Shown here one piece after another: positions 1 through 12,284 of a stretch of 64,000 nt of DNA. A program made the position numbers and the translations under genes. The notes under the pieces were generated by a model. The model was not told the DNA's origin. It searched no databases and was given only the letters and a program-made list of their open reading frames with translations. The stretch is from contig NIVC01003842.1 in assembly GCA_002269645.1 (NCBI GenBank), positions 1-64,000 of the forward strand, written 5' to 3'. Position 1 is the first letter of the stretch. The number at the start of each line of letters is the position of its first letter. Source of the DNA: Macrostomum lignano (Eukaryota).

Positions 1-639
1 AGCTTCTCACTGAGACCTCTATAACTTAATCACGGCGCAGATTTCCCTCATTATTGAGAAACTGTGAGCTGGTTTAAACTGTCTGCATTCCCAACAGTGG
101 CCTCCCTAACCTTAGCTAATTTTCCCTAGGATAGTTCCGACTCCTCAACCTTCAGAATCTCAAATCAGATAACTTAACTGTACAAAACTACAAGTTTACA
201 GAGGTTCAATGAGTTAAACTGACCTGAACTGCTCTGTTTTTGTTATAAAATCACTTTGAACAAAGGCTCTGGCTGCTGTTCTGCCTTAAAACGTCGGGTT
301 AATCCCCGCCATCATTTTCCAACATCCCTCATCCCAACGTAGATTTCATTTAGAACATAAAAGACTGCATTAAAACTGCAATGAGTACACATATTATAGC
401 CCCTCAAAATGAAGAGAAGACACTATTTATCAGGTTACGCAAGTTTTAACAACCTCAGCAAGTGAACAAAGGTCTCGTTTGGTCAGCTTGTCATTGATAG
501 TTGTTGCCTGTTTGAGCATATTGTCTTGATTAATAATGCATCCCAGTTTACTCAAATTCATGCTTTAGCTACAGGCGGATCTTGCATTGGTAGAACAGTG
601 AGACGGTGCGCACAGTTCCTTTTTTGGGAGATGCAGACA

Positions 640-1343
640 GAGATTGAGAGAGGTGAGAGGGGGTAGAGTGAGGGTTAGAAGGGTAAGAGACAATATGAGA
701 GAGAGAATGAGAGAGAGAGGGTGAGAGAGAGGGTGGGAAAGAGGGTGAGAAAGAGGGTGAGAGAGAGAGGGTAGTGAGAAAGAGGGGTGAGAAAGAGGGG
801 TGAGAAAGAGGAATGAGAGAGAGAGGGTGAGAGAGGGGTGAGAGAGAGGGATGGGAAAGAGGCTTAAGAAAGAGGGTGAGAGAGAGGGGTGTGAGAGAGG
901 GTTGAGAGAGAGGGGTGAGTTAGAGGGGTGAGAGAGAGAGGGGGGTGAGAGAGAGAGGGTTGAGAGAGAGGGGTGAGAAAGAGGGTTGAGAGAGAGGGGT
1001 GAGTTAGAGGGTGAGAGAGGGGGTGAGAGAGAGGGGTGAGAGAGAGGGGTGAGAGAGAGGGGTGTGAGAGAGGGGTGTGAGAGAGGGGTGAGTTAGAGGG
1101 GTGAGAGAGAGAGAGGGTGAGAGAGAGAGGGTTGAGAGAGAGGGGTGAGAAAGAGGGTTGAGAGAGGGGGTGAGTTAGAGGGGTGAGAGAGAGGGGGTGA
1201 GAGAGAGGGGTGAGAGAGAGGGGTGAGAGAGAGGGGTGAGAGTGAGGGGTGAGAGAGAGGGGTGAGAGTGAGGGGTGAGAGTGAGGGGTGAGAGAAAAGG
1301 GTGAGTTAGAGGGGTGAGAAAGAGGGGTGAGAGAGTAAGAGAC
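640..1343 (+). repeat. GA-rich degenerate minisatellite (GAGAGAGGGGT-like)
   Basis: Directly visible purine-only repeat. Confidence 0.95.
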
Positions 1344-2941
1344 AAAAAAAGGAAATAGAAACACACAGAAAGAGCAACACCTCCGGTAGCCATGGTGAAA
1401 TGGAGGAGGATTAGTGAGGGACGGGAAAGAACAGTCCACCTTAGCGGCGGGACACAGTGTTGATTTTAAGCGCGGGTTTTAAAAATCACCAATCTTGCTT
1501 ATCCTATCTACCCAGATATGGGGATGGGATATTTCCCTTACTGCCTCGCAGTTTTTCCCTCATGGGGATAACAGGCAGCGCTGTGGCGCAGGAGAGTTAG
1601 AAGGGATCAGAGATGTCGGGATGGAGAGGCAGCTGTCACGGGCTTTCCCGGGCTTTTCAAAACTGGACTTGCCGCTTTTAGAAGCAATGGAGAGCGAGCC
1701 GCAGAGACCAAGCAGTCGCAGGCAGGCGTAACAGGGGGGGGGATGAAAAAGTGTTTGACGAACAAAAAAGTTGGGGTTGTGGTGAGGGGGGGGTAAATCC
1801 CCTCCCGAGGCATTTGGGCCTCTCCTAAGTGACTAATTTTTGGTTGGCAACTGTCGGCGGGACCCGAGGCTCCCTTGGACCAGAGGGGGTCACCTGTTTA
1901 CAGGGATTTTTCCGGGAGAGAAAGGTGATGGGGGGGGGGTAATAACCATTTAGCGACCAATTTACAAACCTTGACTTTGAGGGCAGCGCAAACTTATTTT
2001 TTTTTCCTGCTGGGCCTCCTGGCAAGTTTTATGAGCTGCCGGCACAGTGTCAAGGATGCCTGCAGCTAGAGCTTGGACGGGTAGTTCTTATCAAAATGGT
2101 ACGAGCTAAATCAAGAAAAAATTGATGATGCAGGAAAGTTTCTTTAGTCGATTGTAGCCAAAAATACGAGCACCAAGCTGTGTCGAGGGACAGAGCAGCT
2201 CAGACTCTCGCCGAAGGGCAGCTGTACACCCTGCATGAGCGAGTGTATGAGTGCTGTGCTTCAAGGCGCTGGTTGTGGGACGATGGCGCCAAGCTGCCTC
2301 CAGATGGGTTGCAACTCGATCCAGACTCTAGTTCAAAGTCCTCCTTGATCTGCGACTGTATGAAGCTTGCCGTAAAAACGGTAATGTCGCCAGCTTCTTC
2401 CATTAACAACCATGCAGATGGTTTGTAAGCCGCTGATTCAGATTGAGGCTTGACTGGTGACTGCGCCTGCATAGCGTGTCAAAGCCTGTTGTTGTTGGGG
2501 GGGGGGGGTATGGCAAAGGCCTTCAAAGACATGCCAAGAGAGCTTGTCAGAAAGGGTTTTATTGCGTAATTCTCTCACTAATTGGTCCCAGCGGGCTCCG
2601 GGAGGTCAGCAATGATCCTTAGGGCGGGGGTCAATTTTTTGCACGAGGCTACTTGCAAATCTCTCTGGGCACCGTTTCCATTAGAAACAAGACTGACCTT
2701 CGCAAGTTTGCAAGGATGAAATGTTGCAAATTAGAAATGAATTTCTCCAACTTCACCAATCCTGCGATGCTTCACTAACACTCGGATAGTTCACCAATTC
2801 AGCAATTCCTACGATAATTCACCAATCCTACCATAATTCAGCAAACCTAGTATAAATTTATCGAGTGACGATTTATCGTTTCACAATTCACAAATGATGA
2901 ATTCACCAAATATTCACCAACTTCGAAATCCCCGCCCGCAG

Positions 2942-3102
2942 GTGACGGACTCGAACGACAACCCGCCCGGTTTATGTTCCCCAGCCAGCCCAACACTACC
3001 ATAGACAGCTCGTTCAGGAACCCGCAGGGGCGACGGTGGCCGAGCTGCAGGCGACAGACCCGGACGAGGGGCCGAACTCTGAGCTGGTGTACTCGTTGCT
3101 GG
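2942..3102 (+). CDS. Protocadherin-like gene, internal exon (cadherin repeat)
   Basis: CAG acceptor at 2939-2941 and GT donor at 3103. Translates VTDSNDNPP...GATVAELQATDPDEGPNSELVYSLL (DxNDNxP and DxDxGxN calcium-binding motifs) only after two +1 repairs in C/G runs. Confidence 0.85.
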
Positions 3103-3160
3103 GTGAGCGAGTCGATTGGGTCTAATGTTTCTTGACTGGGCAGTTTGCTGTGTCTTAATA

Positions 3161-3353
3161 TTCACCAACCCGAATCTTCATCAACCCGAATCATTCACCA
3201 ACTCGAATCATTCACCAACTCGAATCATTCACCAACCCGAATCATTCACCAACTCGAATCATTCACCAACCCGAATCATTCACCAACCCGAATCCTTCAC
3301 CAACCCGAATCATTCACCAACCCGAATCCTTCACCAACCCGAGTCCTTCACCA
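3161..3353 (+). repeat. 17-bp intronic minisatellite TTCACCAACCCGAATCA
   Basis: About 11 copies filling most of the 290-bp intron 3103-3392. Confidence 0.95.
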
Positions 3354-3392
3354 GCCTTGATCGTGATCAATTCCACCTTCCCCATTCCACAG

Positions 3393-4080
3393 GCGACAGC
3401 GGCGGCGGCCGTTTCGATGTGGATCCGGTCACCGGACGCCTCTTCGCCGCCAGGACTCTGGCCCCAGCGACGCCGGGGTGTACCAGCTGCGCCTGTCAGT
3501 CAGAGACCGCGGCCAGCCGTCTCAGTCCACCGACATCGACCTTCGAGTTTCCCTGGTCGACCTGCCGCCGGAGAAGCCGAGGCCGGACCCGCAGTCGCCG
3601 CAGGTGCCGCAGCAGCCGCCTTCGACGTCGGCGGGTGGCCGAGGCAAGCAGAACTCGCTCGCCGATGGCAGCGGCGGCAGCGGCGGCGCGGCGTCGGTGT
3701 CGGGGGAGTCTGGGAGGTCGCGGTCTGCTCCTGCTTGGCTGCCTGGCGATTCAGCCGCTGTCCTGGCCATTCTGTGCCTCATCTTGCTGCTCCTGGCCAA
3801 AGGGAAAAACAGACTTGGTCGGAGAGCTCCCGCTTCCACCACGAGTGGCGGCATCGGCGGCGGCGGGCGGCGGCGGCGACGGCGGCGGCAAACCGGACAT
3901 CCGGTTGATTGTCGGCGGCCTGCGATGTCTCACTTCGATTATCCGACATCGCCGACTGGAACTTCAGCCGCTGCGGTCGGGACGCCGACTTCAGCTGCTG
4001 CGACAGCGGCGGCGGCTTTCGGGCCCAAACTGCTTCTGGATTCGCCTGGTGGTGGCGGCGACGACTTCAAAACGGCGAGG
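3393..4080 (+). CDS. Protocadherin-like gene, exon with last cadherin repeat, transmembrane segment and start of cytoplasmic tail
   Basis: AG at 3391-3392 and GTGAGT at 4081. Reads GRFDVDPVTGRLFAARTL, then (+1 repair) YQLRLSVRDRGQPSQSTDIDLRVSLVD, hydrophobic VLAILCLILLLLA followed by basic KGKNRLGRR. Confidence 0.85.
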
Positions 4081-4101
4081 GTGAGTCCGGGTGCCCAATG
4101 G

Positions 4102-4393
4102 ATTTCAGCGGCTTCAATGACTTTCCAGGACTTCAGGGGTTTCAGAGACTTCATGGACTTCAGGAGTTTCAGAGACTTTGCAGGGACTTCAAAGGTTTCA
4201 GAGACTTCAGGGACTTCAGAGGTTTCAGAGACTTCAGGGACTTCAGGGATTTCAGAGACTTCAGGGAATTCAGGGGTTTCAGAGACTTTAGGGACTTCAG
4301 GGGTTTCAGAGACTTCAGGGGTTTCAGAGACTTCAGGGACTTCAGGGTTTCAGAGACTTCGGGGGTTTCAGAGACTTCAGGGACTTCAGGGGT
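4102..4393 (+). repeat. 9-bp-based minisatellite (TTCAGGGAC/TTCAGAGAC)
   Basis: Starts about 20 nt after the 4081 donor. Confidence 0.95.
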
Positions 4394-5498
4394 TTTTATA
4401 GGTTCAAGTGGCTCCACACGGGTGTCAAGGTGTCTTCGTGTGCCCCCTCCTTAACTGTGTTTCCAAGCGAGCCCGATAATTGTTGAGGCAAGTACGCCCC
4501 TTCCTTTAAGAATATTTTCTCCACCTTGAGCCAGTTGTCCTGCTTTTACCACCAGTAAGTTGCATTAGCAAGTACGCTATGAATAAAATTCTCTTCAAAA
4601 TCTCAATAAGTCTACAATACAATAAGACTATATAAGTAGCCCCACTTGAATACCATATTCATATTTCTGATTACGCAACCCTATTGAGTAACCCTAATTC
4701 ACTGTGACTATAATTTCTTTTATCAAATATGGCACATAAAATCATTCTCTTCTTATCCAACTGAAGAAGACATTTCCGGCTGTAGCCACTTCCGGTCAGC
4801 CGAAAAGGTTGAGCTTTTAACAAGGAGACCCGGAGGTACCGATTCTTCCTTTAAATTAAATACATTTCAAGATACGAACTGCCATCAGCGATTGTTGCGG
4901 AATGATGTTGTTGAAGGCGCTGCGCCAGGCTGCCTCCAGAAGGGTTGCGACTCGATCCAGGCTCTAGTTTAAGTCCTCCTTGATCTGCGACTGTATGAGA
5001 GAATTGAGAGGATTTGTAACGGACATCCGTGGTCTTCTTCCACCTGTAATCCTGGCTAGCATTATCTCTTGGGTTGGGTCTTGCTTGTCTCTTCATTGGA
5101 CAAAGAGAAAAAATGTAGAAATTTCTATAAAATAGACAGAACTGTGTGGGATTCTTGCCTTTTTTAACACAATGGACTGCCCCAACCCCACCCAGACGAT
5201 TCACTCGGATAAATTCCTAGAATCGGATTTCAGAGCGTTTTTCTCTCCCCATTCCGCCCCCAGTCCTTACCGATACTGAAAATCTGAAATAATCAGTGGC
5301 GCTTCTGTTAAAAATCTGAATGGCCCATTCTGCTCTGCGGCCACTTCTTTACCCACTTGGCATTGTCTCTCAGTGTAGCCCATTGTCTTACTTTGCTGCT
5401 TGGAGTGTGCATTGCTTGCTGCTAATGCATTTGCACCAGCCATTTCCCGGCCCATCTCTCTGCTGTCCATTTTCTCTCGTGTCTGCTCATGTCCTCAC

Positions 5499-5733
<235 letters not shown>

Positions 5734-6811
5734 CCTATCTTACCTCATACAGAACCGGAAAACGCCATTATAGCCATTCCACGGGCCAATCGTGAACAAA
5801 CGCAGATCATTTCGAAAACAGTCGCTGGGCACCCAGCTGCAAAGTCAGAATTTGCGCAGACAAAGAAGCCAATAAAAGCGAGCTGCAAAGATCGAACAAG
5901 ACACGCAGGGACAGACTTGTTATCTTTTGAAAAAATCTGAGGCCCCACTTCCGCTGCGGCGCAGTCAGATGGGGAATCCGCGATCCCCATCCCTGGCAGC
6001 AATCAGCGCGAGCGGAATCCAGCTTCAATTTTCCCCCATTCGTGATCCCCATTTCAAAGTCCGAGAGGAGAGAGCCAGGGAGGCCCAGAAACAAAATCTG
6101 GAGTTAGCAGCTCACCATTTTCAGACAACTATTGGCTGACTGTTGTTCTTCAGTTTGTGTACGGAAACGATTTTAATAAATTAATTTGAAAAGTGGGAAA
6201 ACGTCAGTTCATCGAAAACAAAGATTGCCTTGGAGTCGTGACTCCAGTGACTCCAGACTGTAGTTTAAAGGCCTCCTTGATGGAGGAGAAATCCAACGGA
6301 AGCCGCCCCAAGCCGCTTGCTGTCAGTTCAGTCGCTGACAGTTTCAATTTGTTTAAAATCCCCCTATTCGCTCTTCCCATCACTTTTGATGGGTCCGCGG
6401 CTCGCCTGCCTTCTCGGCCAGAAATCCTGCAGCCCTTGCCCGTCGCTCTGCTCTCCCCGATCCCTGAGCGCCTGGATCGCGTGAATTCCGTTTTTTTCTC
6501 CCTCACTTACTCCTCCCCGTCTCCCACTTAATCTGAACTTCACAGCTGGCCCCTGTCAGAATCCCGTCACTGGGCCCTTTGACTTCGATTTAGCTGGGTT
6601 AATTTTAGCAATTGTCTGCCTGTGCTCAGAGATCTGCTCTAATCAAGGGCAGTTGAAAATCTTTTAGTTTTTTTTCTAAACGCATTTTTTTATGTTCAGA
6701 AAGTTTTTGAACGGTAAAAAAATTCCCGTCACAGGAATTTCTAGTAGATTGAACTCCCTTTCAACTTGAGTTCCTCCTGGCTTTATTCCCCCAAACAAGG
6801 TCACTTTAGAG

Positions 6812-7450
6812 TTTGAATTCCCCTTTAGAAAAAGCTTGAATTCCCCCTTAGAAAAATTTTGAATTCCCTTTAGAAAAAGCTTGAATTCCCATTAGAAAAA
6901 GCTTGAATTCCCCTTAGAAAAAGCTTGAGTTCCCATCAGAAAAAGCTTGAGTTCCCCTTAGAAAAAATCTTGAATTCCCCTTAGAAAAAGCTTGAATTCC
7001 CCTTAGAAAAAGCTTGAATTCCCCTTAGAAAAAGCTTGAGTTCCCCTTAGAAAAAATCTTGAATTCCCCTTAGAAAAAGCTTCATTTCCCCTCAGAAAAA
7101 GCTTGAGTTCCCCTTAGAAAAAGCTTCATTTCCCCTCAGAAAAAGCTTGAGTTCCCCTTAGAAAAAATCCTGAATTTCACCTCAGAAAAAGCTTGAATTC
7201 CCCTTAGAAAAAGCTTGAATTCCCCTTAGAAAAAGCTTGAATTCCCCTCAGAAAAAGCTTCATTTCCCCTCAGAAAAAGCTTGAATTCCCCTTAGAAAAA
7301 GCTTTAATTCCCCTTAGAAAAAAGCTTGAATTCCCCTTAGAAAAAGCTTGAATTCCCCTTAGAAAAAGCTTGAATTCCCCTTAGAAAAAGCTTGAATTCC
7401 CCTTAGAAAATGCTTGAATTCCCCTTAGAAAAAAGCTTGAACTCCCTTTA
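6812..7450 (+). repeat. 22-bp minisatellite GAAAAAGCTTGAATTCCCCTTA
   Basis: About 29 copies with point variants. Confidence 0.97.
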
Positions 7451-8169
7451 AAAATTAAAAATGTAAAAATTCCTGGTCATTTATTCTACATCAGCTTCAT
7501 ATTCGAATTTGTTTTGGCAGACATGAAGATCAAGGAAAAAAGCAATTCCTTCATCAATCGATAGAAATCCCCAAATCCCTTTCCCGCCCATATTTGTCCC
7601 AACACTTCATACAGCATTCTTACTCTTAGGTCGAATCCATCAATCTTCTGTTCTTTATAATTTATCCAACCAAATAGTGTATAATCTAGACGGCTTATCT
7701 TCACTAATCCGCCCTCTTAGCTAAAGCTAATCTGCTTGCGTGGAGCGGAGTGGTGAGACACGAATGATAGCTATTGGGTCAAGTAGGCTATAAAAGAATC
7801 TCATCTTCTCCTAAGATACTTGTATAATAAGGCTATAGAAAGTAATTCACAGAGTGGCTGATCACGAAGGGAGCTGATAGCTAATAATTATTACCTATAA
7901 TAAGATGCAAATATGCACAGATCATGCATGACCGCGCACATGTCTGTCTTGACCGAATTAACCAAAATCTTCAATCATTTTACCGCCCTTTCGTTGCCAA
8001 GCATTCTGTTTGTATCGTTTTTATCGGGCTTACTCCAACTGTGCCTCTGACCTCTCCGCTGTCTTCTTTATTTCTGTCTGATTATAATTGCACTTGATTA
8101 CTCCTGTGGCTGATCGTGCGCGGGGCTCCGTCCTGGCTGCGGCTGGACTGTCGTGTTGATTTGCCTTTT

Positions 8170-9085
8170 CTATCACTCTCCTCCTCTTCTCTTCTCTCCT
8201 CTCTCCTCCCCCTCTCCTTCTCCTTTCTCTCCCTCTCATTCTCCTCTCTCTGCCTCTCATTCTCCTCTCTCTCCCTCTCATTCTCCTCTCTCTGCCTCTC
8301 ATTCTCCTCTCTCTCCCTCTCATTCTCCTCTCTCTCCCTCTCATTCTCCTCTCTCTGCCTCTCATTCTCCTGTCTCTCCCTCTCATTCTCCTCTCTCTCC
8401 CTCTCATTCTCCTCTCTCTCCCTCTCATTCTCCTGTCTCTCCCTCTCATTCTCCTCTCTCTCCCTCTCATTCTCCTGTCTCTCCCTCTCATTCTCCTGTC
8501 TCTCCCTCTCATTCTCCTCTCTCTCCCTCTCATTCTCCTGTCTCTCCCTCTCATTCTCCTCTCTCTCCCTCTCATTCTCCTGTCTCTCCCTCTCATTCTC
8601 CTGTCTCTCCCTCTCATTCTCCTCTCCCTCCCTCTCATTCTTCTCTCTCTCCCTCTCATTCTCCTGTCTCTCCCTCTCATTCTCCTCTCTCTCCCTCTCA
8701 TTCTCCTCTCTCTCCCTCTCATTCTCCTGTCTCTCCCTCTCATTCTCCTCTCTCTCCCTCTCATTCTCCTGTCTCTCCCTCTCATTCTCCTGTCTCTCCC
8801 TCTCATTCTCCTCTCTCTGCCTCTCATTCTCCTCTCTCTCCCTCTCATTCTCCTGTCTCTCCCTCTCATTCTCCTGTCTCTCCCTCTCATTCTCCTCTCT
8901 CTGCCTCTCATTCTCCTCTCTCTCCCTCTCATTCTCCTCTCTCTCCCTCTCATTCTCCTGTCTCTCCCTCTCATTCTCCTGTCTCTCCCTCTCATTCTCC
9001 TGTCTCTCCCTCTCATTCTCCTGTCTCTCCCTCTCATTCTTCTCTCTCTCTGCCTCTCATTCTCCCTCTCTTCCCCCTCTCCCAC
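8170..9085 (+). repeat. 21-bp CT-rich minisatellite CTCATTCTCCTCTCTCTCCCT
   Basis: About 42 copies. The overlapping long ORFs are repeat translations. Confidence 0.97.
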
Positions 9086-9512
9086 TCCCAATCCAATATT
9101 TACCGGGTGTCATTTAATTCTCGCATAAGTTAAAAGGCAGTCAAACGTTTAAAAAAGCAGAAAAATTCGCTACAACATTTCCCTATTTCTTTCTTCATCA
9201 CATCTGAGGCCGCGAGTCTCGCGAGACTGTCTGTCTCTTATTTCTCGCTGTTTATCAAGCACGCAAGGCAGGCTTCTTGACTTTGGCCAGGGTTTGTCAA
9301 AGAGACAGAACCCAGCAGCACTGAATGAGGTAACGCGAGAGCCTGTCACGCATTTTCGAAAACCTCGTCTTGGCTAAGCGTTATTTGATTCGAAAATTTT
9401 CACCCAAATTTCCTTCGTCAACAACGTCTAGAAGACTAGGAGTAGCTTTAAAAATAAGTTGAAAGATACTCGTTAAAAAACTTGACTATTGCTCTCTGCA
9501 CCGCCTCCGCAG

Positions 9513-9617
9513 CAGCAGCAGCACTGCCCTACTCTGCCCATGCCGCAGTCTGGGGAGGCGCAGCACAGGCCGCACACCCTGCTGAGACTGGGGGCGGCCC
9601 AGATGCCAGCAACGCCT
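9513..9617 (+). CDS. Protocadherin-like gene, probable cytoplasmic-tail exon
   Basis: GC-rich 105-nt island between CAG acceptors (9510-9512) and a GTGAGT donor (9618). Reads QQQHCPTLPMPQSGEAQHRPHTLLRLGAAQMPATP. Reading frame uncertain. Confidence 0.5.
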
Positions 9618-9644
9618 GTGAGTCACTTCTGCTGATAAGATTCA

Positions 9645-9931
9645 ACCATCTCACTCCCTCACCCATCTCACTCCCTCACCCATCTCACTCCCTCACCCAC
9701 CTCACTCCCTCACCCACTCACTCCCTCACCCACCTCACTCACCATCTCACTCCCTCACCCACCTCACTCCCTCGATCACCCACCTCACTCCCTCGATCAC
9801 CCACCTCACTCCCTCACCCACCTCACTCCCTCAACTAACCTCACTCCCTCACCCACCTCACTCCCTCACCAACCTCACCCCCAAACCACCTCACTCCCTC
9901 ACCCACGTCACTCCCTCACCCACCTCACTCC
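9645..9931 (+). repeat. 17-bp minisatellite CTCACTCCCTCACCCAC
   Basis: Fills the last protocadherin intron right up to the acceptor AG. Confidence 0.95.
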
Positions 9932-9934
9932 CAG

Positions 9935-10239
9935 ATTACCGCATCCCAGCATCCGATGAAGACAGCGGCGGCTACGACAGAGGAGGCGGCGGCATCCGAA
10001 GGACTCCGGGTGATTCAGCGGCGACCATTGATGGACGACGGGCTGGCCGACGGGCAAGCAGTGGGCAAAGGCAGCAGCAGCCTCCAGCTTACCAGACTCT
10101 GATGCAGCATCAGCAGCAGCAGCAGCAGCAGCAGCAGCTTCATCAATCCAGCTTCCCAGTTAGCTCACCAACGACTACCAGCAGACGATCGGACATGCAG
10201 AAGCGACAATTCCATTTGGTGAACTCTTCATTTGTATGA
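9935..10239 (+). CDS. Protocadherin-like gene, probable terminal exon
   Basis: CAG acceptor at 9932-9934. Open frame YRIPASDEDSGGYD...polyQ...FHLVNSSFV* ends in a class I PDZ-binding-like motif. AATAAA at about 10385. Confidence 0.65.
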
Positions 10240-10460
10240 TGCAGAATTAAAAGGTGTGTACAAGCTGTAAGAACGTTTGAACAATTTGCGAGCAAGAATA
10301 CAATAATGTATTGTACATGTGTGCCACGATTGGATACATGTGTAGGCCAACTGACATGATTCATTATATGCTACACTGTCTGTAAATAAACATACTTAAC
10401 ATTTGTAAAATTAAGCTGTGTGAAACTGCTTGCCTTTGCTTTTTTATTTGCAACGAATTA

Positions 10461-10886
10461 TGAGATTGAGCATAAATAGTGTGAGATTGAGCATAGTGTG
10501 AGATTGAGCATAGTGTGAGATTGAGCATAGATAGTGTGAGATTGAGCATAGATAGTGTGAGATTGAGCATAGATAGTGTGAGATTGAGCATAGATAGTGT
10601 GAGATTGAGCATAGTGTGAGATTGAGCATAGTGTGAGATTGAGCATAGATAGTGTGAGATTGAGCATAGATAGTGTGAGATTGAGCATAGTGTGAGATTG
10701 AGCATAGTGTGAGATTGAGCATAGATAGTGTGAGATTGAACATAGATAGTGTGAGATTGAGCATAGTGTGAGATTGAGCATAGATAGTGTGAGATTGAGC
10801 ATAGACACAGTGAGATTGAGCATAGACACAGTGAGATTGAATATAGATCAAGCGAGATTGAGCATATATCTAATTAGATTGAGCAT
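10461..10886 (+). repeat. 17/21-bp minisatellite GTGTGAGATTGAGCATA(GATA), left arm of inverted pair
   Basis: About 20 copies. Reverse complement of the array at 11499-11788. Confidence 0.95.
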
Positions 10887-11498
10887 GAATAGTGCAAGTT
10901 TGAGTCAGAGTATTTTCCTCGAAATCTGAGTGGAGAAGGCTCATAAAAATGTGAGAAAAATATCCATTTAATTGACGTTGAAGCAAAAGTCAGACGATCG
11001 GACCAATTAGTTATAAAAAAGTAACAAAAAATAGCGGAACTTGCAGTAGAAAAAGCCTGCAAAAAGAAGTCACACTTATTGCACAGTGCTGACCCCCCCC
11101 CCCCAGCCATCAATAATCGCTGCAGACCCGGCTAATAACAGGAGGTGCCGCCGGGATTCGAAAGAATCAAAATAATAATAATGGCGGAGCGGCCCAGTCC
11201 GTATGGGGATGGCAATTATCGATTTTGAGAGAATCTGACTCGCGCTGAAATCTGTGCAGTGGGCTGGGCTGGGATCTGCGAAAGCAATTGATCAACTGAT
11301 GATGATGGGGATTGGGGAGAGGCTGGGCTGCGGATGGGGGAGGAGAGACGGGAAGTGGGAGAAGACGGGTAATTTCCTCACTCTCTGCACCACCCGGAGA
11401 TGAGCTGGATACTCCCGCCCCGCCACCCCACTGGCGCAACCAGGCCCGAGTCAAGGAGCTCTGAGTATAACACCTGGACTGAACTGAACAACTTTTCA

Positions 11499-11788
11499 CT
11501 GCTCAATCTCACTTTGTCTGTGCTCAATCTCACTGTGTCTATGCTCAATCTCACTGTGTCTATGCTCAATCTCACTGTGTCTATGCTCAATCTCACTGTG
11601 TCTATGCTCAATCTCACTGTGTCTATGCTCAATCTCACTGTGTCTATGCTCAATCTCACTGTGTCTATGCTCAATCTCACTGTGTCTATGCTCAATCTCA
11701 CTGTGTCTATGCTCAATCTCACTGTGTCTATGCTCAATCTCACACTATTTATGCTCAATCCCACACTTATCTATGCTTAATGTCACAC
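11499..11788 (-). repeat. 21-bp minisatellite TGCTCAATCTCACTGTGTCTA, right arm of inverted pair
   Basis: About 13 copies. CACACTATTTATGCTCAATC is the exact reverse complement of the first unit of the left array. Confidence 0.95.
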
Positions 11789-12284
11789 TTTATACTCAGA
11801 GAATTCTTATAGAGTTCATTCCCAACAAAGTAAAAAAGTAGGTTTCCAATCTAGTTTGCTAACTTTAGTAGTCCACGGCATATAGCAGCAGCTGAAATTG
11901 CAGTGGGTCTGAAAATATTCTGCTAACCCTTACTGCAGGTCGAGTAACTTCCGCCAAAACTATGTATCAGTTGTAATCCTGCAGTTTTATCTTCAGCCAA
12001 AATATAACCGATTTTTTTCTGCCCGTAGACCCTTCTCAAGTCTGATCTCTATTCTAAAGGGGATAATTTTCCCATGAGAAAGATTAAGCGGTTTCAATAG
12101 CGTCAAGTGGGATTGTTTTATTTTCAGCAGACTAAGACTAAGAAAGACTGCCTTGGTGCAGTTGAATAAACAATGCAGATTTGTTGCATAGGGCTGTCAT
12201 GCCGATGTGTGCTGTAGAAACAGGTGGTAAGTAAGACTTTCTGAAGCTTGTGTTTATTCAGCCGCTGTAGGGTTAAATATGCAG

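Noticed and set aside
864-1439. 191-aa SLTP-rich ORF
   Set aside because: Translation of the GA-rich minisatellite.
6812-7450. Vector/polylinker contamination (HindIII and EcoRI sites in tandem)
   Set aside because: The units carry natural-looking point variants, grade into the flanks, and show no other vector sequence.
8030-9133. Three overlapping 326-353 aa ORFs (RRMRGRE, SPSHSPL)
   Set aside because: Stop-free frames of a 21-bp purine/pyrimidine repeat, with no unique coding flanks.
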